NCBI GenBank assembly: GCA_049414625.1
Contig: JBMSAU010000110.1
Location: 13,915-77,914 of the forward strand
Direction of reading: 5' to 3'
DNA length: 64,000 nucleotides
Source of the DNA: Thermodesulfobacteriaceae bacterium
GTDB taxonomy: Bacteria > Desulfobacterota > Thermodesulfobacteria > Thermodesulfobacteriales > Thermodesulfobacteriaceae
In this document: piece by piece, positions 8,036 to 19,082 of the stretch
How positions within the stretch are numbered: the stretch's first letter is position 1
Layout: each line of letters begins with the position of its first letter
Made by a program: the position numbers and the translations under genes
The notes under the pieces: model-generated
What the model saw: only the letters and a program-made list of their open reading frames with translations
Databases searched by the model: none
What the model was told of the DNA's origin: nothing

Positions 8036-9478
8036 TTAAACTATTTCATAATCCCAACCAAATAAATTGAAGAACTTTTTTCTACCATGAACCATAAATA
8101 ATATGGCAGGATTAAGTTCAACTCCAACTGTGTATATTTTTGATGTCCGTTTTTTAGGATTGTATGTTATTGTTGCAACCTGATACATTGTATGTATCCT
8201 AACTGTGTATGGTTTTACAATCGTTATTGGATCTGAGAGTAACTGATAAGTCATTATCTTTCTACGACCATTAACATAGAAGTAATAGTTGTCAATTAAC
8301 TGAGGCAGTTCAACCTCTAATATATCTTCTTGACCTCCTGGTAGTTGTATGTGAAATCTAACTTTTGAGACTAATGTAACTCTGTTATTGCTAAATGGTT
8401 TAACATGATCAATGTCAACTTTCTTAATCTTTATACCTTGATCTTCCATAATTCTAATCATTGCAGGTATTATGGTGCTATATTGTTCAATCCTATCATT
8501 CTTTATGATTCTCTCATCTTTCTGAGTTAAAAATCTAGAGAATGTTGGTATATGCAATTCTTTTCTCTCGAATGTTATGCTGCTAATATCAGGTATATGT
8601 TTTCTCTCTAGTGAGATATTTAATGTATGTGAAGCAGATATAAACTTTTTGAATTGATATTCTGTTTTGTTAGTCGGTTTATAGTTTGTAACATTTTGAT
8701 CTGCTATTGAGTATAATTTGTTTGTAGTAGTTGTTTGTTTATCTGTCTCCTCGGGAGCAAACTTTTTAAGATATTTATCCAAAATTTCTATAATCAAATA
8801 AGGTTGTCTGCTAACATTTGTTAGTTTAAGTATTTGCATTTTTACATCATTATCGTAGCCTCTACTTGTAACTATTGCCACGTATATTTCCGAAAACAAA
8901 TTAAGCCAATTGCTTCCATAATAGAGAATTTTACCGATAACATCATTTCTGATATTGTTTATGTTTAGTATATTTGCTGCGAACTGAGGATCAAATATCA
9001 ATACTAAAATGTTATTACTGTTTTGTTGCAAAACAAAATGATTCTCAATTATTTTGGTTAATGTTCTGTTTAGTTGTATGTATCTGGATTGATAATAGTT
9101 ATGTAAACTGCTAAATATTAGTGTTAAGTCTATGAAGTTAGCAACAGTCAAACTAAGTTTGTTATATGCTTTCTCTGGTTCTGCTACATCATCATTACTT
9201 TGTGATAGCATAGGAATTTTTGTTCTCCAATTTAAAACTGTAATGCCCTGTTGTGTTAAGGCTTTACGATATTCTATGTATGCATTCTGATTAGTTATAG
9301 TTAGCTTTGGAATAACAACCGTTGGTCTTAGCCTTGGTTTTATGTAATTGTTTATAAGTGACTTTATTATATTGTAGGTGTTAAAGGTTAAATCAAGTAG
9401 AAATATCTTTTGATTGTTAGATCGGATATAGGGTATTCTTACAATTCTTGGCTTTTGATTACTTTTGGTAGATAACAT
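8036..9478 (-). CDS. hypothetical protein
   Basis: ORF track entry of 480 aa. The start overlaps the upstream stop as TAATG. The C-terminal YYFYVNGRRKIMTYQLLSDP is faintly reminiscent of the RNAP beta FIINGxERV block, which is not enough for a call. Confidence 0.6.
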   Translation of the reverse strand: MLSTKSNQKPRIVRIPYIRSNNQKIFLLDLTFNTYNIIKSLINNYIKPRLRPTVVIPKLTITNQNAYIEYRKALTQQGITVLNWRTKIPMLSQSNDDVAEPEKAYNKLSLTVANFIDLTLIFSSLHNYYQSRYIQLNRTLTKIIENHFVLQQNSNNILVLIFDPQFAANILNINNIRNDVIGKILYYGSNWLNLFSEIYVAIVTSRGYDNDVKMQILKLTNVSRQPYLIIEILDKYLKKFAPEETDKQTTTTNKLYSIADQNVTNYKPTNKTEYQFKKFISASHTLNISLERKHIPDISSITFERKELHIPTFSRFLTQKDERIIKNDRIEQYSTIIPAMIRIMEDQGIKIKKVDIDHVKPFSNNRVTLVSKVRFHIQLPGGQEDILEVELPQLIDNYYFYVNGRRKIMTYQLLSDPITIVKPYTVRIHTMYQVATITYNPKKRTSKIYTVGVELNPAILFMVHGRKKFFNLFGWDYEIV

Positions 9479-9714
9479 TATACATTGTTGCTGTTTGTGT
9501 CTTTGAGATCTGTAGTGTATAAAGGTTGTCCTTTACTGTAGTCTACAATACCATCAACAATGTAAGTTGGTTTGTTGTATTTTTGCTCGATCTCCTTAAT
9601 CAGGTGAGCATATTTGCTTCTGACTAATATACAATCATCAATCAATAAACCAAAAACATCACAACTAGTATCAGTCTTAACAAAATCTTTGAGTATATCG
9701 CCCAGTCTGAACAT
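9478..9714 (-). CDS. hypothetical protein
   Basis: ORF track entry with an ATG start. It is coupled to the downstream gene. Confidence 0.5.
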   Translation of the reverse strand: MFRLGDILKDFVKTDTSCDVFGLLIDDCILVRSKYAHLIKEIEQKYNKPTYIVDGIVDYSKGQPLYTTDLKDTNSNNV

Positions 9715-9749
9715 AGAGTATTAGTGCTCATCTAAAAAAGTAAAAAAAA

Positions 9750-10907
9750 TTATCTTGAAGCAATTACCAATCTAGGTAATGTCTCTATTTTTTGTTTTAC
9801 AAGTTGATTGTATTTTTGTTCGTACTCTTGATATTTTTGTTTATAATAATTTCCGTGTTCTCTGTTTTGTCTATTATCCTGTTGTTGTTGTTTCTTTTGT
9901 TCTTCTAATGCTTTGACTGTAATCCAATATAGCGGAACATCTCTGAAAATATATGCTAGTGCTATAATAGCAACAAATATCAATACTTTGAAGCTAGTTA
10001 TTGCGTCTATTACAGTGGTGAAAGCATGTTGAGCAAATTTGAAGAAGAGTAGCATGAGATATCCTACAGCAACAAGGCTAGCAATTCCTACTACAATTAA
10101 AGTTGATATTTCTTCTTGATGTTCTTTATTTTCTGTGTCTTGTTTTGAAGTAGTTTCATTATCATTTTGTTTGGTATTATTCTGATTATTTTGTTTGGTA
10201 TCATCCTGTTTTGTATTATTCTCAGTTTGTTCAACTTTAATTAATTGATATACAAAACTATCCAATGATATGTTTTCTTTAATTAACATTTGTTGATATT
10301 TTTTAAGTTCTTGACCGTTATACACTAATGCAAAGCTTAAAACAGTCATCAGTTCCATATTATTTAATTCCATCGGTACTTGTCTGAATTTCTCTATCTT
10401 TTGATAGATTAATGATCTTCCAAATAGGAATTTAAAACCTAATCTTGCAATTAGATTTTGTCCCATTATCATTTTGTTTGATATAATTCTTGCTACTTGT
10501 TTAGAACCATGAGTGTAGATGAAGAATCTTAGTATTGTTAGATGCAATGCTCCGTAGTCAACAAATTTTTGTTTGTGTTCTTCTTCCTTAACCGCATTCA
10601 TCAATTTACGATGCATTGAATCATAAAACTTATTTAAGTCTCCACATTGTTTTATTATATTAACTGGTTCTTTTAAAACTTGAGTATCAACTAAATATAA
10701 CTGACCACTACTATGTTGTATAATGACTTTTGTATCTCTGCTAATAATATTTTCTAAGTCTCTAATTTTAAAACCTCTTTCCAGATCAAGAGTTGAAAAT
10801 TCAGCTATTGCAAAATTTTCTGGTTTAGTCTTCCTTCCAAATTCTTCTACAATTTTATCAAGATATAAAGTATACAAAGCGTTTATATTTACAGTTACAG
10901 TTGACAT
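9750..10907 (-). CDS. hypothetical membrane protein with a Q/N/T-rich linker
   Basis: The ORF track starts at a TTG (10931); the first ATG is at 10905-10907. Hydrophobic helices STLIVVGIASLVAVGYLMLLFF and VLIFVAIIALAYIF are present. Confidence 0.6.
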   Translation of the reverse strand: MSTVTVNINALYTLYLDKIVEEFGRKTKPENFAIAEFSTLDLERGFKIRDLENIISRDTKVIIQHSSGQLYLVDTQVLKEPVNIIKQCGDLNKFYDSMHRKLMNAVKEEEHKQKFVDYGALHLTILRFFIYTHGSKQVARIISNKMIMGQNLIARLGFKFLFGRSLIYQKIEKFRQVPMELNNMELMTVLSFALVYNGQELKKYQQMLIKENISLDSFVYQLIKVEQTENNTKQDDTKQNNQNNTKQNDNETTSKQDTENKEHQEEISTLIVVGIASLVAVGYLMLLFFKFAQHAFTTVIDAITSFKVLIFVAIIALAYIFRDVPLYWITVKALEEQKKQQQQDNRQNREHGNYYKQKYQEYEQKYNQLVKQKIETLPRLVIASR

Positions 10908-10930
10908 TTTACTTTGTAGCTTGTTTGTCA

Positions 10931-12124
10931 ATGTTGTTACTGCAAAATAAACAAAGCTTTATTGTTAGATACACTGCAAGCAATGTCAAACAGTATGCAT
11001 CGTATATTTTGAAAAGGTTGTTTGATAGAGATGTTGAATTTATGGATTTCGAGAATAATAAAACAAGACTTGATAGAATTATATTCCTATCTGGTCAACC
11101 ATCTATAATTGGTTCATACAGTGAATTGTTAGCCAGAGGTTTACCTAAACCATTTTGTGTTGTTTTTGATGAAAAAATAATGGATAGATATGAGCAACCG
11201 TTTTTAGGTCAGTTTCATGCTTCAGGTTTTGAACAACCTTTAATAAAATTATACCTTGCTGTTAGAGATGACTCACTAATAAACTTATCTGATAACAATA
11301 CAAATGTAGCAGGTTATACGAACTTTCAGATTGAGATTGTAGCTCACATAACTAGATTACCCTATCAAATGGATTTGGCTTTGCATTATAGTACACAGGC
11401 TCAGATGATTGAAAGTCAAACAACCATAACAAATCTATTTACAGTTGGTAGATATCACCTAATCAAAATTCCTTACATAATATATCTACCTAGAGAATTA
11501 TTCGTTGCTACAGAAAATAACGATTTACTTGGTAGCATTGATTTATACAATACACTCAGAGATGATACAGAAACAGTAAAGGTTTATCCTGTTTCTGGAC
11601 AAACTAATCAAGTTGGATTAGTTATAAATATGCATGCTTACGTTAGAATAGATGCTGCATCATGGACACAGAACATAATTGTTGATAGTCAGGAACAGAC
11701 TTTTAGAAGTGATTGGTCTGTATATGTTGATATGCCCTACATTAAATTTGTTGATTTGATAACTTACATTCCAATTAGAGGTGTAATTGTTAAGATATTT
11801 ATCAAGAATGATGTAACTGCAGAACCTTTATTGGTCCCTACTAGTATTGATGATTTGACATTGTTTCATATACAAGAGATTAATATTGATACATTCTATG
11901 CTAGAGATACATTCGTGATTGATATACCTACAGACATAAACTTAAGTGATATAAAAAAGATAGAAGTTATAAACTTTAGCAGTCAGATAACAGATCCAAG
12001 CACTAACTTTATAGGAGGTATGTTAATTAAGAAATTGGAATATACATTAGATAGTAATAATGGACGTATACAGGTTTTGAACGAAGTATATCCAGGTAAA
12101 GTTAGGGTTTATTACTGGCGTTAG
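10931..12124 (+). CDS. hypothetical protein
   Basis: The ORF track starts at a TTG (10901); the first ATG is at 10931. Confidence 0.6.
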   Translation: MLLLQNKQSFIVRYTASNVKQYASYILKRLFDRDVEFMDFENNKTRLDRIIFLSGQPSIIGSYSELLARGLPKPFCVVFDEKIMDRYEQPFLGQFHASGFEQPLIKLYLAVRDDSLINLSDNNTNVAGYTNFQIEIVAHITRLPYQMDLALHYSTQAQMIESQTTITNLFTVGRYHLIKIPYIIYLPRELFVATENNDLLGSIDLYNTLRDDTETVKVYPVSGQTNQVGLVINMHAYVRIDAASWTQNIIVDSQEQTFRSDWSVYVDMPYIKFVDLITYIPIRGVIVKIFIKNDVTAEPLLVPTSIDDLTLFHIQEINIDTFYARDTFVIDIPTDINLSDIKKIEVINFSSQITDPSTNFIGGMLIKKLEYTLDSNNGRIQVLNEVYPGKVRVYYWR

Positions 12125-12195
12125 TTCCTCGCAAATGTATTTCTTTTTTTTACAAACATGAGATAAACTTTTACAATTACACTAAATTTTTTATC

Positions 12196-12645
12196 ATGAA
12201 GCAAACAGACAAAATACAAAAATTTATTCATGATTTTCGTCTGCAAATTGATTATGAGCGCAAACTAATTACAGTAGATAAACACTTTTTAAATTTATCT
12301 GATAAGATATATGCTCCAGTATTTAAGTATCATGATGTAGATTATGCTCTTAGGTTTATAGCTAATGTTGTATTACATCAAGATAAGTTGGATACGCATC
12401 AATTAAAAGAACTACCTCCAGAGGTTATTAATGTGGCCAATAAGTTAAAAAATTTCAAAGTTTATGTTGCTAACTCAAAAAAGAATTATCGTGTTTCAAT
12501 TTATCATAAAGGTAGAGAATATCAAACATTAACTGATGTTAAAGTTGTATGGCTCTGGTGTTTATATGATTTGATAGTTTACTTGACTAATGCAAAAAGT
12601 CATCTAAATTTATATGTATGTCAGACAGAAGACAGGAAGAGTTGA
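12196..12645 (+). CDS. hypothetical protein
   Basis: ORF track entry. Exact CTAAATT-N7-ATG lies upstream. Confidence 0.65.
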   Translation: MKQTDKIQKFIHDFRLQIDYERKLITVDKHFLNLSDKIYAPVFKYHDVDYALRFIANVVLHQDKLDTHQLKELPPEVINVANKLKNFKVYVANSKKNYRVSIYHKGREYQTLTDVKVVWLWCLYDLIVYLTNAKSHLNLYVCQTEDRKS

Positions 12646-12788
12646 TAAAAATGCTTAGAATGTATACTCATTTACTACATTTGAATAGACCAACAATTCA
12701 AATTCATAAACAGAATAATCTAGATACATTGATAAAATTACAAATGCAGTTACTCAAGAAAATGAAGAAATAATCTAAATTTTTTTAT

Positions 12789-13226
12789 ATGCACACACTA
12801 TACAGATTACTAGACGATTATTTCATGATTAGACTTAGTGATAACAAAATTATTTTGAGCTATCAGATTAGTTACAACATTAATAGAATATTAACCAGCA
12901 TTGAATATGTAATACGTAGGCACCTATATAAAATACCTAATCATTTTCAAAAATATTTCATACACGTAACATTAAACTGTTTGAATTTAAAAAGTAACAT
13001 ACAATTTGACTTTGCAAGAAAAGAAGTAGTTATAATAACAAGACAAAAAAATGTAAAAGTGTTAGAAGAATTTTTAACTACCTACAAATACAAGTTTCTA
13101 AATACATATGCTTTCAAAAGTTCTATGTTAACAATGATATTTCCTCTGTTTATAGAGAATCAAATTAATGCAGAAACTATACTGTGGTATGTTTTGCTAA
13201 TGACACATCCTATCAATCAATTGTGA
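12789..13226 (+). CDS. hypothetical protein
   Basis: ORF track entry. Exact CTAAATT-N7-ATG lies upstream. Confidence 0.65.
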   Translation: MHTLYRLLDDYFMIRLSDNKIILSYQISYNINRILTSIEYVIRRHLYKIPNHFQKYFIHVTLNCLNLKSNIQFDFARKEVVIITRQKNVKVLEEFLTTYKYKFLNTYAFKSSMLTMIFPLFIENQINAETILWYVLLMTHPINQL

Positions 13227-13279
13227 AAACTAATGTTGCAGTTATAGAAAAAACAATACAAAAAAAGTAAAATAAGTTT

Positions 13280-14227
13280 TTACGACATTAATAGATCTAC
13301 TATCAAAGCAGCAGCGAACCAATTTCCTACATCATCGTATTCATCTTTAGTTACATTAAGTTTTTTGATTTTGTCTAGTTGCTTTTTATCTAGTTTGCTA
13401 ATAATGGAAGGTATGTTTCTAATAATATCGTTAGTTGCTAGAGGATGTTTGCTCACAATAGAACGAATTATATTAGTTAAATCTTTTCTATCATCACTGT
13501 TAATATAATCCATAACTTTTAGGTATTCCAATTTGTTATACATTTCCTGAGCAAATATCTTATTCTTCGTTTTTGCATACAATATAGCATAAACGAAAGA
13601 CATCACTAATCTTGTTCTATCATAGTTATCGTTTATGTTCAGTTTTATCTTAGGTTCTGTTTTTGTTGCAGGTTGTTCTTCGCTAGATTCTTTGGCTAGT
13701 ATAGAATCGTATACTTTCAATTTGTATATGTTGTATGATATTAAATCTAGTAAGGAATTTTCTGCATTAGGATCAAACAATTTATAGATACCAAAAATAC
13801 TCTTTGGTCTCAATAATCTGAATGCAACTCTATCTTTAACAAGTTTGCGTAACAAATCCGTATTTGTTATGGGTATGTTAATCTTTTCAGTGAAGCCTGT
13901 CGTACTTATAGTCATCTGAGCAACATTCACATTCATTAATGATAGTCTATACAATCTACCTAGGATTAAGTTTATAGCAAAAACTATGTCCTGTATAAGT
14001 TTATCAAAACGTGTTTCCTTATTTGTTTTGATTTTGATTGTTATTTGTTCATTCTTGAGATTTATTGTTGCAAAACTTAACTGTTTTTCAATGTCATCTA
14101 GATTGATTTTTTGTTCGTTTTCGATGTTTAATGAGAATGACGGAGTCGTAAGTTTTGTTATATTACTAAAAAAGTGATAGTAGATTGAAGATAGTAATAT
14201 ATCATTTGCATTACCTATTCTAGACAT
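13280..14227 (-). CDS. hypothetical protein
   Basis: ORF track entry. GGGAGGAG lies 6 nt upstream of the ATG, inside the end of the upstream gene (Shine-Dalgarno-like coupling). Confidence 0.6.
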   Translation of the reverse strand: MSRIGNANDILLSSIYYHFFSNITKLTTPSFSLNIENEQKINLDDIEKQLSFATINLKNEQITIKIKTNKETRFDKLIQDIVFAINLILGRLYRLSLMNVNVAQMTISTTGFTEKINIPITNTDLLRKLVKDRVAFRLLRPKSIFGIYKLFDPNAENSLLDLISYNIYKLKVYDSILAKESSEEQPATKTEPKIKLNINDNYDRTRLVMSFVYAILYAKTKNKIFAQEMYNKLEYLKVMDYINSDDRKDLTNIIRSIVSKHPLATNDIIRNIPSIISKLDKKQLDKIKKLNVTKDEYDDVGNWFAAALIVDLLMS

Positions 14228-14230
14228 TTT

Positions 14231-15160
14231 TTACTCCTCCCTATTTCTATTTTGTAAAATTTCTACAAGTAAATCATTGAAGTCAGATTGTGATGCAACA
14301 TCTCCCTCCGGAGCATAATCTACTACATTAACATTACCTTCCCTATCTATTATAACAGTTAGGTTGACAGATGGTATATACACAGCATACTCATTATCAT
14401 TTTTCTTATAAATGGTGTATTCACATTTGTTTGCCTCTGTTGGAACAACGGAAGTTACTTCAAGTCTTTTTTCATTCAAATCAACTTTGATTACAGGAGA
14501 TATGAATAGTGATGTTATGAATATGCTATCATTTGTTGCGTATATGTTTACGAATTGATTGTTTGGTGTAAATGTTCCAGCAATCATAAGACTATCATCA
14601 TTACTGTTATCGATCTCTATTTGAGTATCATCTTCTGTTTCGGCTTGTTCTTCTTCTGATTCAAGAGTTTCACTTTCAGATTCAAAATCAAATTTATCAT
14701 CAAAGTCGAAGTCAACTAAGTTATCTAAATCATCTAGATCTGTTTCCTCTGTATTATTGGGTGTTTCATCTTCCATGTATAGATCACTTAAATCCAATAC
14801 TTCAACATCATTTTCTTCTTTAATTTCTTCATCCTCTTGTTCATCCATAAAATCAAAATCAAAATCGTCTAAATTATCTACTTCCTCATTATTTATTGCA
14901 TCTTCTTCATTTTCATCTTCTACTTCCTCATCGTTATCATCCTCATCTAAATCTATCACAATATCCTCTTCCTCATTGTTTATCAATTCTTCTTCTTCAA
15001 TATCAACTTCAATATTATCAGGTTCATATTGTTCTTCATCCTGTGGTAAATCAGGTTCATTAATTACCTCATCTTGTTTAATCAATTCATCTTCCTGTAT
15101 ATCTTTAGATTCATCAAAATTTTGAAAATTGTCCTGTGAAAGATACTCTTTTTCGTCCAT
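14231..15160 (-). CDS. extremely acidic (D/E/N-rich) protein
   Basis: The ORF track starts at a TTG (15163); the ATG is at 15158-15160, with an exact CTAAATT-N7-ATG. The first ~180 aa are dominated by D/E runs. The C-terminal ~120 aa have ordinary composition. Confidence 0.65.
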   Translation of the reverse strand: MDEKEYLSQDNFQNFDESKDIQEDELIKQDEVINEPDLPQDEEQYEPDNIEVDIEEEELINNEEEDIVIDLDEDDNDEEVEDENEEDAINNEEVDNLDDFDFDFMDEQEDEEIKEENDVEVLDLSDLYMEDETPNNTEETDLDDLDNLVDFDFDDKFDFESESETLESEEEQAETEDDTQIEIDNSNDDSLMIAGTFTPNNQFVNIYATNDSIFITSLFISPVIKVDLNEKRLEVTSVVPTEANKCEYTIYKKNDNEYAVYIPSVNLTVIIDREGNVNVVDYAPEGDVASQSDFNDLLVEILQNRNREE

Positions 15161-15266
15161 CAAAGAAAATTTAGCTATGTTTAAGTGAGATAGTTTTGCA
15201 AACCTGTTTAGTTTTCATGAATAAGATTAATATAGCCTCAGATACAACTACACTAAATTTTTGTAT

Positions 15267-16364
15267 ATGTTTCGGTTATCTACTCTAGATGCAAAAAATA
15301 TAGTCGACGCTATCGATTCAAGGTTTGAGAAAATTACTGTCTTTTTGGATATTGATAATTTATTCTTTGATCTCTACTATGATAGCATATATGCTGACAT
15401 TAACGATTTTCTTGGCCAATTAAGAAAGTCTGCTCAGGAAGTGTTGTATTCTCTATTTAACTTCCAACAGTATCTAGTTCAAGAATCACAGAAAAATAAT
15501 TTAAAGTATCCAACCATCATTTTATACACTAATTTTTCTGCTCCAAATAAAATACTTAAAATAATGCCAAAATATAAGCAGCATAGACGAACACTCAAAA
15601 TATTACCGTCTACACAATTAATCAAATTTCTCAAAGCTAAATATGGTGAGTTTAATGTTAATGAGATAAAATCTGTAGCAAAGAGATACTTCTACAAACT
15701 GATACAAAACATAATAAACAATAATTTTCGAAATACAGTTTTTGTTATAAGTAGGAATATGGATAGTGATTACATACCATATCTTATACTAAAAACATAT
15801 ATGAAAAATACGAATGCTTACTTCATTGTTAGTTGTGATAAAGATTACATACAATTGTTAGCCTACGATAACTTATTCATATATCGCAGGCGCAATATAA
15901 AAGTTGAGAATGAATTGATAGGAGATTACATAAAGGTTGATTACAAAATACTAACAGGCAAAAATTTAGACATTAAACTGAAGCATCCTTTATTGCATCC
16001 TATATATCTAGCATTAGCAGGAGATAGTAGTGATAATATACCTTCATTAAGAAAGAGATTAAACATTAAGAAAGTTGAAGATATCTTAAATAATTATGCA
16101 GATGATTTGATTAAAGCTATGCAGAAAGAAAGTATTGATGATGTCATGCAAATATTATCTAATATTTTCAAAAAATCTGTTGATGAACCAATTATGCAAC
16201 AATTGAAAACAAATCTAACTGTAACAACGTTCTTTGCACAAGATAGTTTATATGATCAGATTGATAAAAGTTTTGTATTAAATCAATTAAAATTTCTAAA
16301 CTCATATCATGAAAATTTAACTAGAGATAAACTTGATGAAATTATAGCTCAGAATTTGATTTAG
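15267..16364 (+). CDS. FEN-family 5'-3' exonuclease / RNase H-like flap endonuclease
   Basis: LALAGDSSDNIPSL matches the GDxSDNIPG(V/L) helix-3-turn-helix motif of 5'-3' exonucleases. The ATG at 15267 is chosen by the exact CTAAATT-N7-ATG (the track starts at a TTG at 15261). Confidence 0.7.
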   Translation: MFRLSTLDAKNIVDAIDSRFEKITVFLDIDNLFFDLYYDSIYADINDFLGQLRKSAQEVLYSLFNFQQYLVQESQKNNLKYPTIILYTNFSAPNKILKIMPKYKQHRRTLKILPSTQLIKFLKAKYGEFNVNEIKSVAKRYFYKLIQNIINNNFRNTVFVISRNMDSDYIPYLILKTYMKNTNAYFIVSCDKDYIQLLAYDNLFIYRRRNIKVENELIGDYIKVDYKILTGKNLDIKLKHPLLHPIYLALAGDSSDNIPSLRKRLNIKKVEDILNNYADDLIKAMQKESIDDVMQILSNIFKKSVDEPIMQQLKTNLTVTTFFAQDSLYDQIDKSFVLNQLKFLNSYHENLTRDKLDEIIAQNLI

Positions 16365-16369
16365 TTTTT

Positions 16370-17044
16370 TTATGTAAGGAATGTGAATAGATTTCTGCTT
16401 ACAATTCTAGTAAAGTATGGTGTAAGCATTTTCGGTGAAAGTTGTTGCAGATTATCCAATTTCATTTGTGGTCTACCCTTGTATATTCTCTGAAATCTGA
16501 AATAATAGTTACCATCAAAACGATACAGGCTATGAAAATTTCTCTCTTTAATGAAATCATAATAGAGTGCATACACAGAACCCTGATTTATCAGCAATGG
16601 TATCAAACCTGAATGTCTTTCAAAATACAATATATAAACAATCATAGGCTGTTTAACATATAAATCCAGTAGATAAACATAGCCTGTTTCTGCTATCTTC
16701 CAATTACCAGGTGGATAATCTCTTTCTCCTTTGAATTTAAGTTCAGTAAATGGAACAACGTATTGTGTTATTATCATCATTCTGTCTTCATGCAAACTTT
16801 TTGGCCAGTGTCTACATACTAATACTCTGTATAATGCTTGTCTATCATCAAAATAGAATGTTTTGCCCAACGAAAGAAACCTATTTGCAAGCAACGGATT
16901 AGGTAAAGCCATATACAAATCAATTAGTAATCCTTTCTGTGGATGATAGTTTAGTTTAATAGTGTAAAAGCTACGAAACAAAGGTATGTATAGTTTTTTG
17001 TTATTGAAATTAAATCTTATGTTTAGATGCCTATGTTCTTCCAT
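16370..17044 (-). CDS. hypothetical protein
   Basis: ORF track entry. Confidence 0.6.
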   Translation of the reverse strand: MEEHRHLNIRFNFNNKKLYIPLFRSFYTIKLNYHPQKGLLIDLYMALPNPLLANRFLSLGKTFYFDDRQALYRVLVCRHWPKSLHEDRMMIITQYVVPFTELKFKGERDYPPGNWKIAETGYVYLLDLYVKQPMIVYILYFERHSGLIPLLINQGSVYALYYDFIKERNFHSLYRFDGNYYFRFQRIYKGRPQMKLDNLQQLSPKMLTPYFTRIVSRNLFTFLT

Positions 17045-17064
17045 ACTTTCAGCTGCTTTACAAT

Positions 17065-19080
17065 ATGACTTTTATTGTGGATGCAAAAGCATACAGTCCA
17101 TTTGTAAAAGATCGTATCAAAAATCTTGAAGTTGAGTATGATGAATTGTATGTTGACACAAATAGTATAACTTACAACTTTAGAGTTGACAGTTATTATA
17201 GTGATAGTTCTGCTCCAGTTTTATTTGTTAACAGAACAATTGATCTCAAAGTGATAACCAAAAAAGTAAATACTTTCAATAGATTGCTTACTGATATAGA
17301 GAATGAAGCTTTTGGTTCCTATATTTGGAAGTATCAAAATACAATACTAGGTCTTGGTAGAAGAATTTCAGATCGTATTGCTTACACAGACTTTGATATA
17401 GAGCATACGAACTCTTATCCGTCAATCAAATTAAGATTTCAACTGGATAGATCATTATTACCTATTGTTGATGTTCGCACTATATACACTTCACAACGTT
17501 TATCAGTTTCAGATATTATGAACAAAACTATTAATAAATTTAACGAATTGATAAGTAGTTTTGCTATCTCAAAGATAAAATTTCTGTCGCATCCTTTTAA
17601 TGATGTTGAAGCAAGCTACTTTACAAAAAGTTATAGAAATGATTTAGTGCTCACATTGTATGATATACTAAACCTCTGTGTGCAAGACTATAAGCCTGTA
17701 GATTTATCTCTGTTATCTTATATTGCTCAACAAGAGAATGAATTAACTTTATATCTAATTCCGCTTACTGTTGATAATATAAATCCTAATTCAGATTTTC
17801 CTGTTTTAACAAATATATTTGTTGATCAAAACATTTATCTTACAGAGAATGAATACAGTTTTAAGAAATATGATGATGTGATCGAAATACTCAAGAGTAA
17901 CGCTTCGCAGCATACTAAACACAAAGCCATCGCTATTTTTAATCACAATTTACAACAACCAGATACAAATACACAAAGAAGAACAGATGTTGTAGATAGT
18001 GATGGAAATTATTTGTCTGCAATGGAAAATATCTCCAATGAATCTAGTAGTATGTTTGATTATAAACAGATAACAGAATCACTACTAAAACTCAATACTT
18101 TTGTAACAAGAAACTCAAAACTAATTAAGTTTAACAATGATGATGTAATTATGGTTTATAATGACCGATATAGCAGTGAGCTAGACCTAGATTTTGATTT
18201 TCCATTTTTATGTAGATACAGTGAATTTTATTTACGACCTACATCCAATTCTACAATTATTAGGATAGCTAATTTGGTTATTCCATTTAATCTAACAATA
18301 GGTTTAGTAAATATATTGGATGTTGATCTAACTCCATCTACAAATAATACAATCACACCTCAATCATCTAGCAATAATCTTTATAAACGAGTAGAACAGG
18401 GATTAGAACAAAGATTGAATGAGTATATGCAAGCAAATAATCTGCAAGAAAAAAGAGTCATCAAATACTATAGGGTTCTACCAAATGATTTGGATAACAT
18501 TACTCTAATAGTTAATGTGTTAGAGAGAAGTCTTGTGTTAGCACATCAGTTAGCTAAAACAGATGAAAAGCAAATGTATGCTAGAAGAGCAGAACAATTG
18601 CTAAATGAGAATAAAAGCAGTATTGCACCCATTATAAATATTACACCAACTAACTTTTCCAATCTTATCAAGAATTCACATAGCACACTATCTGATTTGT
18701 TGAGAAAAGATTATTATCATTTTGGTAGACCTGAACAAGTTTCTATTATTTTCACATCGCTAGGCAATCTTGGTAATATCAATCAGCAATTATATAACCT
18801 AATAAACGTAATTAAAGATGGATCAGGATCAGAACAAAACATATTAGAAATGTTAAATCAGTTTGCTACAAACGTTAACAATATTTTACGACTTTTTACT
18901 TATCTACCAGATAACAATAAGCAAATTCTACGAAATATTATAGATGATGTCCTAACAAATTTAAACTATCTGCTAGGATTGATTGACAAAATTATAACAA
19001 CAGATACCACAAGATCTATGATAATAAATCAAATTGAGAGCATTATGTATAGTATACAGCAAAAAACGAGTTTTGTTTAG
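17065..19080 (+). CDS. hypothetical protein (671 aa)
   Basis: ORF track entry. Confidence 0.65.
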   Translation: MTFIVDAKAYSPFVKDRIKNLEVEYDELYVDTNSITYNFRVDSYYSDSSAPVLFVNRTIDLKVITKKVNTFNRLLTDIENEAFGSYIWKYQNTILGLGRRISDRIAYTDFDIEHTNSYPSIKLRFQLDRSLLPIVDVRTIYTSQRLSVSDIMNKTINKFNELISSFAISKIKFLSHPFNDVEASYFTKSYRNDLVLTLYDILNLCVQDYKPVDLSLLSYIAQQENELTLYLIPLTVDNINPNSDFPVLTNIFVDQNIYLTENEYSFKKYDDVIEILKSNASQHTKHKAIAIFNHNLQQPDTNTQRRTDVVDSDGNYLSAMENISNESSSMFDYKQITESLLKLNTFVTRNSKLIKFNNDDVIMVYNDRYSSELDLDFDFPFLCRYSEFYLRPTSNSTIIRIANLVIPFNLTIGLVNILDVDLTPSTNNTITPQSSSNNLYKRVEQGLEQRLNEYMQANNLQEKRVIKYYRVLPNDLDNITLIVNVLERSLVLAHQLAKTDEKQMYARRAEQLLNENKSSIAPIINITPTNFSNLIKNSHSTLSDLLRKDYYHFGRPEQVSIIFTSLGNLGNINQQLYNLINVIKDGSGSEQNILEMLNQFATNVNNILRLFTYLPDNNKQILRNIIDDVLTNLNYLLGLIDKIITTDTTRSMIINQIESIMYSIQQKTSFV

Positions 19081-19082
19081 TA

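Noticed and set aside
8036-9478. ORF 8036-9478 considered as a fragment of a second RNAP beta subunit (the virion RNAP set), based on YYFYVNGRRKIMTYQLLSDP.
   Set aside because: This is a single short motif near the C-terminus with no flanking beta blocks and no adjacent continuation gene. It needs a profile or structure search before any call.
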